In this document: positions 1-8,482 of the stretch, piece by piece | Layout of the letters: each line of letters begins with the position of its first letter | Numbering within the stretch: position 1 is the first letter of the stretch | Assembly: GCF_014396165.1 (NCBI RefSeq) | Contig: NZ_CP060715.1 | Location: 1,470,001-1,502,000 of the forward strand | DNA: 32,000 bases | Source: Erysipelothrix inopinata | Lineage (GTDB): Bacteria > Bacillota_I > Bacilli_A > Erysipelotrichales > Erysipelotrichaceae | Direction of reading: 5' to 3' | Position numbers and translations under genes: made by a program | The notes under the pieces: model-generated | The model's input: only the letters and a program-made list of their open reading frames with translations | The model's database searches: none | Told to the model about the DNA's origin: nothing

Positions 1-27
1 AAGATTCCAAAATTTGGAATCTTTTTT
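1..27 (+). terminator. Rho-independent terminator of an off-window upstream gene
   Basis: Inverted repeat AGATTCC (2-8) / GGAATCT (16-22) followed directly by a T-run (22-27). Confidence 0.6.
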
Positions 28-37
28 AGTACATAAG

Positions 38-66
38 TTGACAAGCAATAATTACAAGAGTATCCT
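38..66 (+). promoter_or_regulatory. Putative sigma-A promoter for the ABC exporter gene
   Basis: TTGACA at 38-43, 17-nt spacer, TATCCT at 61-66. The -10 is imperfect. Confidence 0.4.
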
Positions 67-96
67 AGTGGTTGTAAATAGAACTACTAGGAGTTA

Positions 97-1827
97 TTGA
101 GTATGAAACAAACTAAAACAAAAAAATATTTAATGGAATATCTCTTGAAATTCCGTTTTGATACAGTTGTCACCATTGGTATTTTTTCATTAATTGCAAT
201 TGCGCAATTTTTGATACCATTGGTAACACAACGCATTATTGATGTTGTGATTCCGAATCATGATATGAATCAATTGTTACTTCAATTAATGTATCTTTTA
301 GGTCTTACAGTCCTTATTGGAGGTCTAACCTACTTCTCAACCATCTTAATCAATAAGATTAGTCAATCTACGATTTCACAGTTAAGAAATGATTTATACA
401 GTCATATTTTGGAACTGGATTATCGATATTTTGAAGACCATAAAACAGGAGATACATTAGAGCGAATCAATAGTGACATATCTGTGATTCAAAGTCTCAT
501 ATCCCCAAATACTTTCTCTATATTTGGAAGCCTCATTACGTTTATTTGGATAATAGGGTACATGTTGATTGTGGATTGGAAATTAATGTTAATTCTATCA
601 GTTACATTTCCAATATTATTTTTCATCAATCGTTATTTCAGTAAAAGAGTCAAACAAGCTTATCGAGTCGTGAGAACCACGTCTTCGAAAATTAATTCTC
701 ACTTACAAACCACGCTCACTTTGATTCCGTTGATCAAAGTATCTCATACGGAGCGTTATGAAAATCGAAGATTTGAAAAATTAACCAAATTAAATAACGA
801 AGCGAATGATAAAGCAACACAAGTCCAGGCAGCTTATGGGCCAACAGTAAGTCTTCTAGATACTGTTGGAACAATGATTGTCTTAGGTTACGGCGCATTT
901 ATGGTTATGTTGGGATCGATTACAATCGGGAGTGTCGTAACTTATTTATCCTATCTTGCGCTACTTCAAAAACCAATGAAATCATTTAGTTCGATGGTGA
1001 ATCGATTCCAACAAGCATCAGTATCTCTAGAGCGTATTGATGAAGTATTTGACACTGAACCATCAATATGTGATGGTTATGAAAGTATTCGTATCAACTA
1101 CATTAAAAGTGTCGAGTTTAAGAATGTATCTTTTAACTATGAACCTCAGTTAACGGTATTAGATAAATTGTCATTTAAAGTTGAACAGAATCGAAAGTTT
1201 GCGATAGTCGGAGAATCAGGATCTGGGAAAACGACAATTACGAAACTACTGACAAGACTCTACGATACCGAAGTGGGAGAAATTTTCTTTAATGGTATTA
1301 ACATTAAAGAAATACATCGAGACAGTCTACTTGATCAAATCGGTGTTGTAAGTCAAGATGGTAATGTTATTGATGGAACTATTTATCAAAATATTACGTA
1401 TGGATGTTATAATTATCATGATGAAGATGTCTATAGAGCAATGAAGCTTGCGAATATTGATGATTTCGTGAGTGGTTTACCCTTAGGTTTAGATACTGAA
1501 GTAGGAGAACGTGGTTTGAAGTTATCGGGTGGTCAGAAACAACGTCTTGCTATCGCTCGCATGTTCCTTAAGGATGCGCCGCTTATCATACTGGATGAGG
1601 CTACAGCATCATTGGATAGTTATAATGAATCGGTAATTCAGGCTTCATTGGAAACACTGATGTCTAAAAAAACATGTATTGTCATTGCCCACCGACTCTC
1701 GACCATTGTTGATGCTGATCAGATATTAGTCCTCGATAAGGGCCACAAGATTGCGATGGGAAACCACGAAACACTATTAGAACACTCGCCGGAATATCGT
1801 GCAATGTTCACTGCTCAATTTAAATAG
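97..1827 (+). CDS. ABC transporter, fused permease/ATP-binding protein (type I exporter, MsbA/LmrA-like)
   Basis: N-terminal half has six hydrophobic segments. C-terminal half has Walker A GESGSGKTT, signature LSGGQKQR and Walker B LIILDEATS. The track start at 97 is TTG. ATG at 103 sits 9 nt after AGGAG (89-93) and is the more likely start. Confidence 0.9.
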   Translation: MSMKQTKTKKYLMEYLLKFRFDTVVTIGIFSLIAIAQFLIPLVTQRIIDVVIPNHDMNQLLLQLMYLLGLTVLIGGLTYFSTILINKISQSTISQLRNDLYSHILELDYRYFEDHKTGDTLERINSDISVIQSLISPNTFSIFGSLITFIWIIGYMLIVDWKLMLILSVTFPILFFINRYFSKRVKQAYRVVRTTSSKINSHLQTTLTLIPLIKVSHTERYENRRFEKLTKLNNEANDKATQVQAAYGPTVSLLDTVGTMIVLGYGAFMVMLGSITIGSVVTYLSYLALLQKPMKSFSSMVNRFQQASVSLERIDEVFDTEPSICDGYESIRINYIKSVEFKNVSFNYEPQLTVLDKLSFKVEQNRKFAIVGESGSGKTTITKLLTRLYDTEVGEIFFNGINIKEIHRDSLLDQIGVVSQDGNVIDGTIYQNITYGCYNYHDEDVYRAMKLANIDDFVSGLPLGLDTEVGERGLKLSGGQKQRLAIARMFLKDAPLIILDEATASLDSYNESVIQASLETLMSKKTCIVIAHRLSTIVDADQILVLDKGHKIAMGNHETLLEHSPEYRAMFTAQFK

Positions 1828-1837
1828 GAGAAATATT

Positions 1838-2602
1838 ATGTTAGAACATTTAAAAAGCCTTGGATTAACAGAAACGGAGGCGCGTTGTTATTTGTGTTTG
1901 TACGAAAATGGCGAGCAATCAGGTTATGAAGTCGCTAAAAACCTTGGAATTTCGCGATCAAATGTTTATGCTTCGTTAGCATCCCTCCATCAAAAAGGAA
2001 TGTGTCGCGTTAGTGATGAAAAAACATCAATCTACTTTGCTGTTGATATCAATGAAGTTATTGATCAAATGAAAGTAGAGTTCAAAACATCGGCACGATA
2101 CTTGGAAGCAAATTTACATCGAAAAGGAAACGATGTTTACCAATTCTTTTCAATAAACGGTTATGATCAGATAATGAGTGCTGCAAAGCGCATGATTGCG
2201 ACTGCAAAGAAATCAGTATTGATTGATGTTTGGAATGAAGACTTAGCGCCATTACTCAATTATTTGGAAGAAGCAGAATATCACGGAGTCGATGTGAAAT
2301 TGGTAACATTCAAGCCCATTGAAACGTCTTTAAAAACAGTTATTTTGGACCAAAAAGTAATGCCACAACAAGAACGCGATTTCTCGATACTTGTAGATGA
2401 AAAGAAAGTTTTGATTGGGACATTCAATTACGAATATAATAGTAGTGCACTTGAAACAGAACACCCAACGCTCGTTCGTCGTGTTCTTGCAGAACATCAT
2501 CATGATGTGATTATCTCAAAATTATCAGAAGAATTTAAAGATCAAATTCAAGCACTTTATGATGGTGATATTTATAATATTATTAAGGATAGTAAAAACT
2601 AA
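1838..2602 (+). CDS. TrmB-family transcriptional regulator
   Basis: N-terminal winged-HTH typical of TrmB (LGLTETEARCYLCLYENGEQSGYEVAKNLGISRSNVYASLASLHQKGM). I moved the start to ATG 1838, preceded by AGGAG at 1826-1830. The track ORF start at 1799 overlaps the upstream gene. Confidence 0.8.
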   Translation: MLEHLKSLGLTETEARCYLCLYENGEQSGYEVAKNLGISRSNVYASLASLHQKGMCRVSDEKTSIYFAVDINEVIDQMKVEFKTSARYLEANLHRKGNDVYQFFSINGYDQIMSAAKRMIATAKKSVLIDVWNEDLAPLLNYLEEAEYHGVDVKLVTFKPIETSLKTVILDQKVMPQQERDFSILVDEKKVLIGTFNYEYNSSALETEHPTLVRRVLAEHHHDVIISKLSEEFKDQIQALYDGDIYNIIKDSKN

Positions 2603-2623
2603 ATGTGAATGAATTATTTTATA

Positions 2624-2664
2624 AACAAGAAGAAAGTAACAAATCACTTCTTGTTTTATTTTTG
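2624..2664 (+). terminator. Rho-independent terminator after the TrmB-family gene
   Basis: Stem AACAAGAAG (2624-2632) / CTTCTTGTT (2647-2655) followed by TTATTTTTG. Confidence 0.7.
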
Positions 2665-2817
2665 TGTTAGAATAGTCTAAATGAGGAGATAAATGGATTC
2701 AGATTTAGAAATTATTTGATTAGAAAGTAATTGATGGAATCCATGATAAATACCGATTTGAGAAATAAACTGGACAAATACCAGTTAGTGAAAAATACTT
2801 GAGAGGAATATGAAGAG

Positions 2818-4068
2818 ATGATTAAAACATTAAATAATATAGATAAAAATGTGCTATTAGAAGCCATTAACTTGGGATTTTCAGATTATATTACACCGAT
2901 TCATATGGACGAATCAAGCCTTGAAATGAAAATTAGTGCCGCTCGAATTGATTTGAATGTATCAGTCGGTTTTTTCGATGAGACTGTTTTAGTGGGATTT
3001 ATTTTGGTAGGCATTGATGGCAGTTTTGCTTATAATGCAATGACCGCAATTATTCCGAGTTACCGGAACAAGGGAATATTTCCAAAAATGTATGCTGAAG
3101 TGGAAGTCCTGTTGAAGGATAAGGGAATAACGTCCTTTGAACTTGAGGCAATATCAACGAATATACCTGCTATCAAAGCATATGAACGTATGGGCTTTGA
3201 AATTGATTATACTTTGGACTGCTATCGAAAAGTAGAGCAGTGTGATGTGAATGATCAATCGAATGTTGATGTTGATACACCGATCTTGTTTCCATCTTTC
3301 CAAAATAGATTAGCATTAACGTCTCTTACAAAAGAAGTACACGATGATCTTGAAGTTTATACTAATATTAACAATATTCAACAAATCACCTCTCAAGATG
3401 GGTATAAGGGTCTAGGAGCACTAACATCGAATCTCGATATTGACACGAAACTAATCAATGTCCTGCATAACGGTAGTGTTAAAAAAGTTTTGACTGAGAG
3501 TGGCTTTGAAATTTTTATTTCTCAAGTTCATATGACAAAATATATTGGATACGACGATAGCTGTGTTTTTAGAAAAGCAAAACTTGAAGATGTAGATGCT
3601 ATTATGGATATCATTGGCGAAGCAGTAATTGCATTTAGAGAACAGGGCATTGATCAGTGGCAAAAAGGATATCCTAACAGACAGCGTATCCTCGATGATA
3701 TTAAAGAAGGAAATGCCTTTGTTCTTATCGATGAAGATGTTGTAGCCTATACCTATTTGGGATACGGAATAGAACAAAACTATGACCAAATTGAACAAGG
3801 ATCTTGGATTAATGAAGATTTATATGCAGTGATGCACCGCTTTGTTGTTTCAAATAAGAAACAAGGAAAGGGATACGCGACGAAGCTTTATCATGGATGT
3901 GAGAATCTTGTTACAGTATTTGGTATTCGAGAAATGAGAATCGACACTCATGAAGTTAATACTAAAATGAGAAGATTTATAGAAAAGCAAGGTTTCGAGT
4001 TGTGTGGTATTGTGGAAGTTGCGGATGGGATTCGTGTTGCCTATCAAAAAAGCTTAAAGTCTAAATAA
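2818..4068 (+). CDS. Tandem GNAT-family N-acetyltransferase (two acetyltransferase domains in one polypeptide)
   Basis: First GNAT core around SYRNKGIFPKMYAEVEVLLKDKGITSFELEAISTNIPAIKAYERMGFE. Second around NKKQGKGYATKLYHGCENLVTVFGIREMRIDTHEVNTKMRRFIEKQGFE. A linker of about 100 aa of unknown function joins them. Confidence 0.8.
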   Translation: MIKTLNNIDKNVLLEAINLGFSDYITPIHMDESSLEMKISAARIDLNVSVGFFDETVLVGFILVGIDGSFAYNAMTAIIPSYRNKGIFPKMYAEVEVLLKDKGITSFELEAISTNIPAIKAYERMGFEIDYTLDCYRKVEQCDVNDQSNVDVDTPILFPSFQNRLALTSLTKEVHDDLEVYTNINNIQQITSQDGYKGLGALTSNLDIDTKLINVLHNGSVKKVLTESGFEIFISQVHMTKYIGYDDSCVFRKAKLEDVDAIMDIIGEAVIAFREQGIDQWQKGYPNRQRILDDIKEGNAFVLIDEDVVAYTYLGYGIEQNYDQIEQGSWINEDLYAVMHRFVVSNKKQGKGYATKLYHGCENLVTVFGIREMRIDTHEVNTKMRRFIEKQGFELCGIVEVADGIRVAYQKSLKSK

Positions 4069-4097
4069 TTGACAATTATGAAATGAGCTCCTATAAT
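4069..4097 (+). promoter_or_regulatory. Perfect-consensus sigma-A promoter for the DUF2871 gene
   Basis: TTGACA (4069-4074), exactly 17 nt, TATAAT (4092-4097). Confidence 0.75.
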
Positions 4098-4126
4098 GAA
4101 CATTGTTCAGTATAGGAGGGTTTATA

Positions 4127-4543
4127 ATGAAAAAAATGTTTAATGTGTCATTTTATTATATGATAGCGGGCTTAATTGGTGGTGTATTCTTTCGTGAATT
4201 TACCAAAATCCAAGGATTTACAGGTAATACTGCTTTAGGAGTAGTTCATACACATACCTTAATGTTAGGAATGTTTATGTTCTTGATTGTAGGAATCATT
4301 GTTGATTACCTAAAAATTACAGATGATAAACGTATTAAAAAATTCTTTATCTGGTATAACACAGGACTTATTCTCACAATCACGATGTTAGTGGTTAGAG
4401 GTGTCTTTGATGTTTTGGGAACAAATTTAAGTAAAGGTCTTAATGCCTCAATTTCAGGTATGTCGGGTTTAGGTCATATAGTTCTCACAGTAGGTTTAAT
4501 GTATTTCTTTACTGCTATTCGAAAAGCTGTGAAGGATCGTTAA
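4127..4543 (+). CDS. DUF2871-family small integral membrane protein
   Basis: Four hydrophobic helices. The N-terminal motif GLIGGVFFREFTK matches my recollection of DUF2871. Start set at ATG 4127, preceded by AGGAGGG (4114-4120), rather than the track TTG at 4103. Confidence 0.7.
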   Translation: MKKMFNVSFYYMIAGLIGGVFFREFTKIQGFTGNTALGVVHTHTLMLGMFMFLIVGIIVDYLKITDDKRIKKFFIWYNTGLILTITMLVVRGVFDVLGTNLSKGLNASISGMSGLGHIVLTVGLMYFFTAIRKAVKDR

Positions 4544-4556
4544 TTAATGTATAAAA

Positions 4557-4585
4557 AACAGCAGTTCATATTCTGAAGTGCTGTT
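4557..4585. terminator. Bidirectional terminator between convergent genes
   Basis: AACAGCA (4557-4563) / TGCTGTT (4579-4585), flanked by an A-run upstream and a T-run downstream, so it can serve both strands. Confidence 0.65.
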
Positions 4586-4595
4586 TTTAATATCT

Positions 4596-5786
4596 TTAAA
4601 TTTTATGAAGTGATAGATAATCTAACGCGAGAATAGCAAGAGAAGCACTGGTCGTCTCTAAAATATCATCATTCCAGGCAAATTTAGGATGGTGATGAAC
4701 CGGTTCATCGTGTCCATCCTCAAAGATACCTACATTATAGTAACAAGATGGAACTGCAAGTGCGACATAAGCGAAGTCTTCCGCTCCTAGTGAGGCAAAT
4801 TCTTTTTCACTGACTTGGTTCTCACCAAAGTAGTTAATGAGCTGTTGATGGGCGAAACGAGTTGTAGCGTCATCATTAATGAGTGGGGGATACGAAGGCA
4901 TGAATTCAAACGAAGCACTTGCACCATTTAATTCACACAGCGTGTTCACGATTTCTTGAAGTTTATCTGCTAAGAACTGTCTCGTATCTGGATAAAGCGT
5001 ACGGATGGTTCCGCCAAGATAGCACGTATCAGGAATGACATTAAGACCTTCACCTGCATGAATTGATGTGAAAGAAATAACGGCAGGTTTCATAGGGTCT
5101 TTTTGTCGCGTTAAGAGTGTTTGAGCGGATTGGATAATTTGTGTAGCAATCATAATTGGGTCAATGGTTTGTTCAGGGCTCGCTGCGTGACCACCGCGAC
5201 CTTGAATCCGTATTTCGAACTCATCGGGTGCTCCAAACATGGGACCATACTTGATTTCAATTTTTCCATGTTCAAGATGCCCTCCTAAATGGAGCCCAAA
5301 AGCAGCATCTACTTTTGGATTGTCCATGATGCCTTCTTCTATCATTGTCTGTGCACCACCATCTGTTTCTTCAGCTGGTTGAAACATAAGTTTAACGTTT
5401 CCATGAATCTCATCTTTCATTGCATTGAGAATCATTGCTACACCTAATAATCCGGCAGTATGTCCGTCATGTCCACAAGCATGCATTTTTCCATCGATTT
5501 GTGAACGGAAAGGAATATCAACTTCTTCTTGAATGGGTAAAGCATCCATGTCACCACGTAGAAGGACTGTTTTACCAGGATGAGACCCTTGAATAATTCC
5601 TACAACACCCGTTTCAGCTAGAATCGTGTAGGGGATATTTAATTCAGTTAAAACTTCAATGACACGTTGTTGTGTAAGGAATTCTTCGTGAGCAAGTTCA
5701 GGATTTTCGTGTAGATAGCGACGGTGACGTTTCATTTCTGGTAAATGAGTAACTGCTAAATTTCGTACTGTTTCGTAATAGTTCAT
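4596..5786 (-). CDS. M20D-family amidohydrolase (N-acyl-L-amino acid amidohydrolase / possible N-acetyl-diaminopimelate deacetylase type)
   Basis: Metal-binding motifs [12 protein letters not shown] and RGDMDALP are typical of the HipO/AmhX/YxeP/DapL group. Its start overlaps the upstream ATPase stop (ATGA, 5783-5786), so it is the last gene of the operon. Confidence 0.85.
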   Translation of the reverse strand: MNYYETVRNLAVTHLPEMKRHRRYLHENPELAHEEFLTQQRVIEVLTELNIPYTILAETGVVGIIQGSHPGKTVLLRGDMDALPIQEEVDIPFRSQIDGKMHACGHDGHTAGLLGVAMILNAMKDEIHGNVKLMFQPAEETDGGAQTMIEEGIMDNPKVDAAFGLHLGGHLEHGKIEIKYGPMFGAPDEFEIRIQGRGGHAASPEQTIDPIMIATQIIQSAQTLLTRQKDPMKPAVISFTSIHAGEGLNVIPDTCYLGGTIRTLYPDTRQFLADKLQEIVNTLCELNGASASFEFMPSYPPLINDDATTRFAHQQLINYFGENQVSEKEFASLGAEDFAYVALAVPSCYYNVGIFEDGHDEPVHHHPKFAWNDDILETTSASLAILALDYLSLHKI

Positions 5787-6532
5787 ATTTGTGCTCCTTG
5801 TTGTCTAAAGCGACTTAAAAATTCTTGAGTTCTTTTTTGTTGCGGATTGTTGAAGAGTTGATCGGGAGTTCCGGATTCCAATACAACACCACCGTCCATG
5901 AAATAAACAGTATCCGATACATCTTTTGCAAAAGCCATTTCATGAGTTACGATGACCATCGTGAGTCCTTCTAAAGTTAATGATTTCATAACTTCCAATA
6001 CTTCACCAACCATTTCTGGATCGAGTGCTGAAGTAGGCTCATCAAACAGAAGTACTTCGGGATCCATTGCAAGCGCTCTTGCAATGGCTACCCGCTGTTT
6101 TTGACCTCCAGATAGTTGTAGAACATGTTTGTCCTTAAATGCCAACATACCAACTTTATCTAAGAGATCAAGAGATTTTCTTTCTGCTTCCTCGGTACTT
6201 CTACCAAGAACAATGGTTTGAGGTTTGATGCAATTTTCAAGAACTGTCATATTATTAAAGAGATTAAAACTTTGAAAAACGATACCTACTTTCGTATTGA
6301 GTGCTTTTGAATCAAGATCTTTTAATGAGGTTTCATCAATTAAGATGTCACCACCATCAAAAGTTTCAAGTCGATTGATACATCGAAGGAGTGTTGATTT
6401 TCCGGATCCGGAGGAACCAATAATGGAAATTACATCACCTTGATTTACAGTAAGATTAATGCCTTTCAATACTTCAAGGTCTCCAAATTGTTTTGTAATA
6501 TTTTGAATTTGAATTCGAGTTTGTGTCGTCAT
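5783..6532 (-). CDS. Polar amino-acid ABC transporter ATP-binding protein (GlnQ-like)
   Basis: Walker [10 protein letters not shown], signature LSGGQKQR, Walker [12 protein letters not shown], and the C-terminal QEFLSRF typical of the PAAT family. Confidence 0.9.
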   Translation of the reverse strand: MTTQTRIQIQNITKQFGDLEVLKGINLTVNQGDVISIIGSSGSGKSTLLRCINRLETFDGGDILIDETSLKDLDSKALNTKVGIVFQSFNLFNNMTVLENCIKPQTIVLGRSTEEAERKSLDLLDKVGMLAFKDKHVLQLSGGQKQRVAIARALAMDPEVLLFDEPTSALDPEMVGEVLEVMKSLTLEGLTMVIVTHEMAFAKDVSDTVYFMDGGVVLESGTPDQLFNNPQQKRTQEFLSRFRQQGAQI

Positions 6533-6535
6533 AGT

Positions 6536-8095
6536 TTATCCTTTCGTGATATTTACGGGTGTTGTCATTGAGGTTGGTATTGATGTATAGGAGGATTCTG
6601 ATTTACTCATTTTTCGTTCTACCCATCTTAGAATAAAGGTGAAAATGGTTGTAAGTACCAAGTAAATCATCGCAGTAATGGTAAAGGTTTCGAGTATTTG
6701 ATAAGTAGTAGAAGCAATTCCGTTTGATATGAAGAAGAGTTCCGTAATGGAAACAATATTTAGAACGGATGTATCTTTGATGTTTACGATAAACTCATTT
6801 CCCAATGCCGGAATAACGTTTCTAACTGCTTGAGGTAAGATAATGTGTCTCATTGTCTCAAATCTTGAAAAACCTAAGCCTTGTGCTGCTTCAAATTGTC
6901 CTTTATCAATCGCTTGTATGCCACCACGTATGGTTTCTGCCATATAGGCTCCAGTATTAATACTTACAATAATAATCGCAATTACAAAGTTACTGTAAGG
7001 AATATCAGACCATCTAAAGCCATTGAAGAGAAGTGCAATACCATGATAGAACAACATGGCTTGAACCATCATCGGAGTTCCTCTAAATACAGTGATGTAT
7101 ATGTGTGCAAGAGGGCGAGTAATTTTAGTATCACGTGTCATTGCAACAAAGAGTCCGATTAGAAAGCCAAGAAGTGTTCCAACAAATGAAATAAAGAGTG
7201 TTGTAAGCGTACCTCGTAGGAACAACGAACCGTTATTTTGTAGAATAGAGCCTACTTTTTCAAAGAAGTTCCCTGTAGATACTTCATTGGCGTTAATAGC
7301 TTGATCCATGAGCGCTTGTTGTTTTTCTGTAGGAATCGTTTCAAGTGCAGCATTAATTTCTTCGATAAGCTGTTTATTATCTTTGTTGACACCTACAGCA
7401 ACGCCTGCCATTTCTTCTGTTACTACAAATCCATCATCACCATCTAATTGAATATACATCAAGTCGGGATTCGCAGCATTAATCATTTGCCCTGTACCAC
7501 TATCAGCAACAAATCCGTCTAATTCACCAGATTGTAGAAAAATCGTTAGTGTTGGAAAGTCTTTTAAGTTTTCGAATGGTTTGATATTTTCAAGTTGTGT
7601 AAGGAGCTGAACATGATGTGTTCCCATTTGTGCAGAAATGACTGCAGATTCAAAATCTGAAACTGATTTAGCCTCTGCATAAGGACCATCTCTTTTAACA
7701 ACGACTCCAAATGCTGTCGCATCATCAACGAAATAGGGATTTGAAAATCCAATTTCTTTTTTACGATCTGGCGTGGGGGACATACCGGCAATGACTGCAT
7801 CTATTTGTCCGTTTTGAAGTGATAAGATTAAACTTTCCCACGTTGTTTTCTCTATAACCAGAGGTCTTCCCATTTCATTCGCAATAATTTTTGCAATTTG
7901 GACATCATACCCATCACAATATTGACCACCAGCAATCGGTTCAGATGTTTCTGTAGGATTAGCAAGTGTCCAGTTATAAGGTGCATATCCACATTCCATA
8001 CCGACTCGCAAGGGTTCGCCCTCAAGTGCATTTTTTGATCCACATGCACTCAGTAAGAGTAATAAACTCATTAAGATACCAATTCTTTTTCGCAT
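6536..8095 (-). CDS. Fused lipoprotein solute-binding domain + amino-acid ABC permease
   Basis: Lipobox LLLSACGS. Family-3 solute-binding domain at roughly aa 25-270. This is followed by a His/Glu/Gln/Arg-type permease domain with the EAA-like loop (GQFEAAQGLGFSRFETMRHIILPQA). SD AAGGAGA lies upstream of ATG 8095. Confidence 0.88.
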   Translation of the reverse strand: MRKRIGILMSLLLLLSACGSKNALEGEPLRVGMECGYAPYNWTLANPTETSEPIAGGQYCDGYDVQIAKIIANEMGRPLVIEKTTWESLILSLQNGQIDAVIAGMSPTPDRKKEIGFSNPYFVDDATAFGVVVKRDGPYAEAKSVSDFESAVISAQMGTHHVQLLTQLENIKPFENLKDFPTLTIFLQSGELDGFVADSGTGQMINAANPDLMYIQLDGDDGFVVTEEMAGVAVGVNKDNKQLIEEINAALETIPTEKQQALMDQAINANEVSTGNFFEKVGSILQNNGSLFLRGTLTTLFISFVGTLLGFLIGLFVAMTRDTKITRPLAHIYITVFRGTPMMVQAMLFYHGIALLFNGFRWSDIPYSNFVIAIIIVSINTGAYMAETIRGGIQAIDKGQFEAAQGLGFSRFETMRHIILPQAVRNVIPALGNEFIVNIKDTSVLNIVSITELFFISNGIASTTYQILETFTITAMIYLVLTTIFTFILRWVERKMSKSESSYTSIPTSMTTPVNITKG

Positions 8096-8110
8096 AAAAT
8101 TCTCCTTCTC

Positions 8111-8315
8111 AAAATAATAAAAGAACTTCAGCGGAAGGTTTGCTGAAGTTCTTGTTCGCTAGCACCAATCCACCGGGATCGAGTGGCTGAGATATTCTCT
8201 CAACCCCCATGGGCACACTATGTCTAGTATGACCATTCGGCGATGGTTACCTTTCAGAAGTGTCCTCGTATACCTACTCGACTTCTTACTCTGATGCACC
8301 GCTACCTCTATATAT
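8111..8315 (-). promoter_or_regulatory. Lysine riboswitch (L-box) with intrinsic terminator
   Basis: The minus-strand RNA contains AGAGGTAGCG, CAGAGTAAG, CTGAAAGGTAACCATCGCCGAATGG, GCCCATGGGGG and CCACTCGAT. Order and spacing match the conserved L-box blocks (GAGGCGC / GAGTAGG / GCTGAAAGG..GCGCCGAAGG / GCCTGGGG / CCACTGTCA). The terminator is CAAGAACTTCAGC (8154-8142) / GCTGAAGTTCTT (8132-8121) plus TTATTATTTT. It lies between the promoter and ATG 8095. Confidence 0.72.
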
Positions 8316-8330
8316 TCTTTAATTTCATCA

Positions 8331-8359
8331 AATATACCGTGAATTGATGAAAGTGTCAA
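8331..8359 (-). promoter_or_regulatory. Sigma-A promoter of the riboswitch-controlled operon
   Basis: On the minus strand: TTGACA (8359-8354), 17-nt spacer, TATATT (8336-8331). Confidence 0.7.
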
Positions 8360-8420
8360 GCATAATGATGAAAGTATTTCATATGTATGATGAAAAGTGT
8401 TTCATCAAGCGAGGAAATTT

Positions 8421-8460
8421 AATAAAAACTCCTTCAATGATGTGTCGTCACATCATTGAA
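8421..8460 (-). terminator. Rho-independent terminator of the PepT-like gene
   Basis: 12-bp perfect stem TTCAATGATGTG (8433-8444) / CACATCATTGAA (8449-8460), 4-nt loop. On the minus strand it is followed by GGAGTTTTTATT. Confidence 0.8.
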
Positions 8461-8482
8461 AGAGTTCATCGCATTATGAGTA

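Noticed and set aside
3451-4047. Antisense ORFs inside the tandem-GNAT gene (3451-3798, 3850-4047).
   Set aside because: They lie opposite a well-supported CDS, have low-complexity Ile/Phe/Asn-rich translations typical of AT-rich antisense frames, and have no SD.
6881-8049. Four short ORFs within or opposite the binding-protein/permease gene (6881-7162+, 7092-7304+, 7564-7800-, 7852-8049-).
   Set aside because: All are embedded in a CDS with clear domain motifs. The alternative-frame or antisense translations show no motifs.
8160-8200. T-box leader interpretation, prompted by GGTGG in CCCGGTGGATTGGTGCTAGCG just upstream of the terminator.
   Set aside because: The canonical T-box block (GGGTGGTACCGCG) is not present. 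I saw no Stem I specifier or AG-bay features. The upstream blocks match L-box conserved segments much better.
8159-8359. 66-aa minus-strand ORF in the track (and the overlapping 61-aa plus-strand ORF at 8344-8529).
   Set aside because: It lies exactly on the riboswitch-like leader and promoter, has no SD, and its sequence is better explained as structured RNA. The plus-strand ORF spans a promoter and a terminator hairpin.
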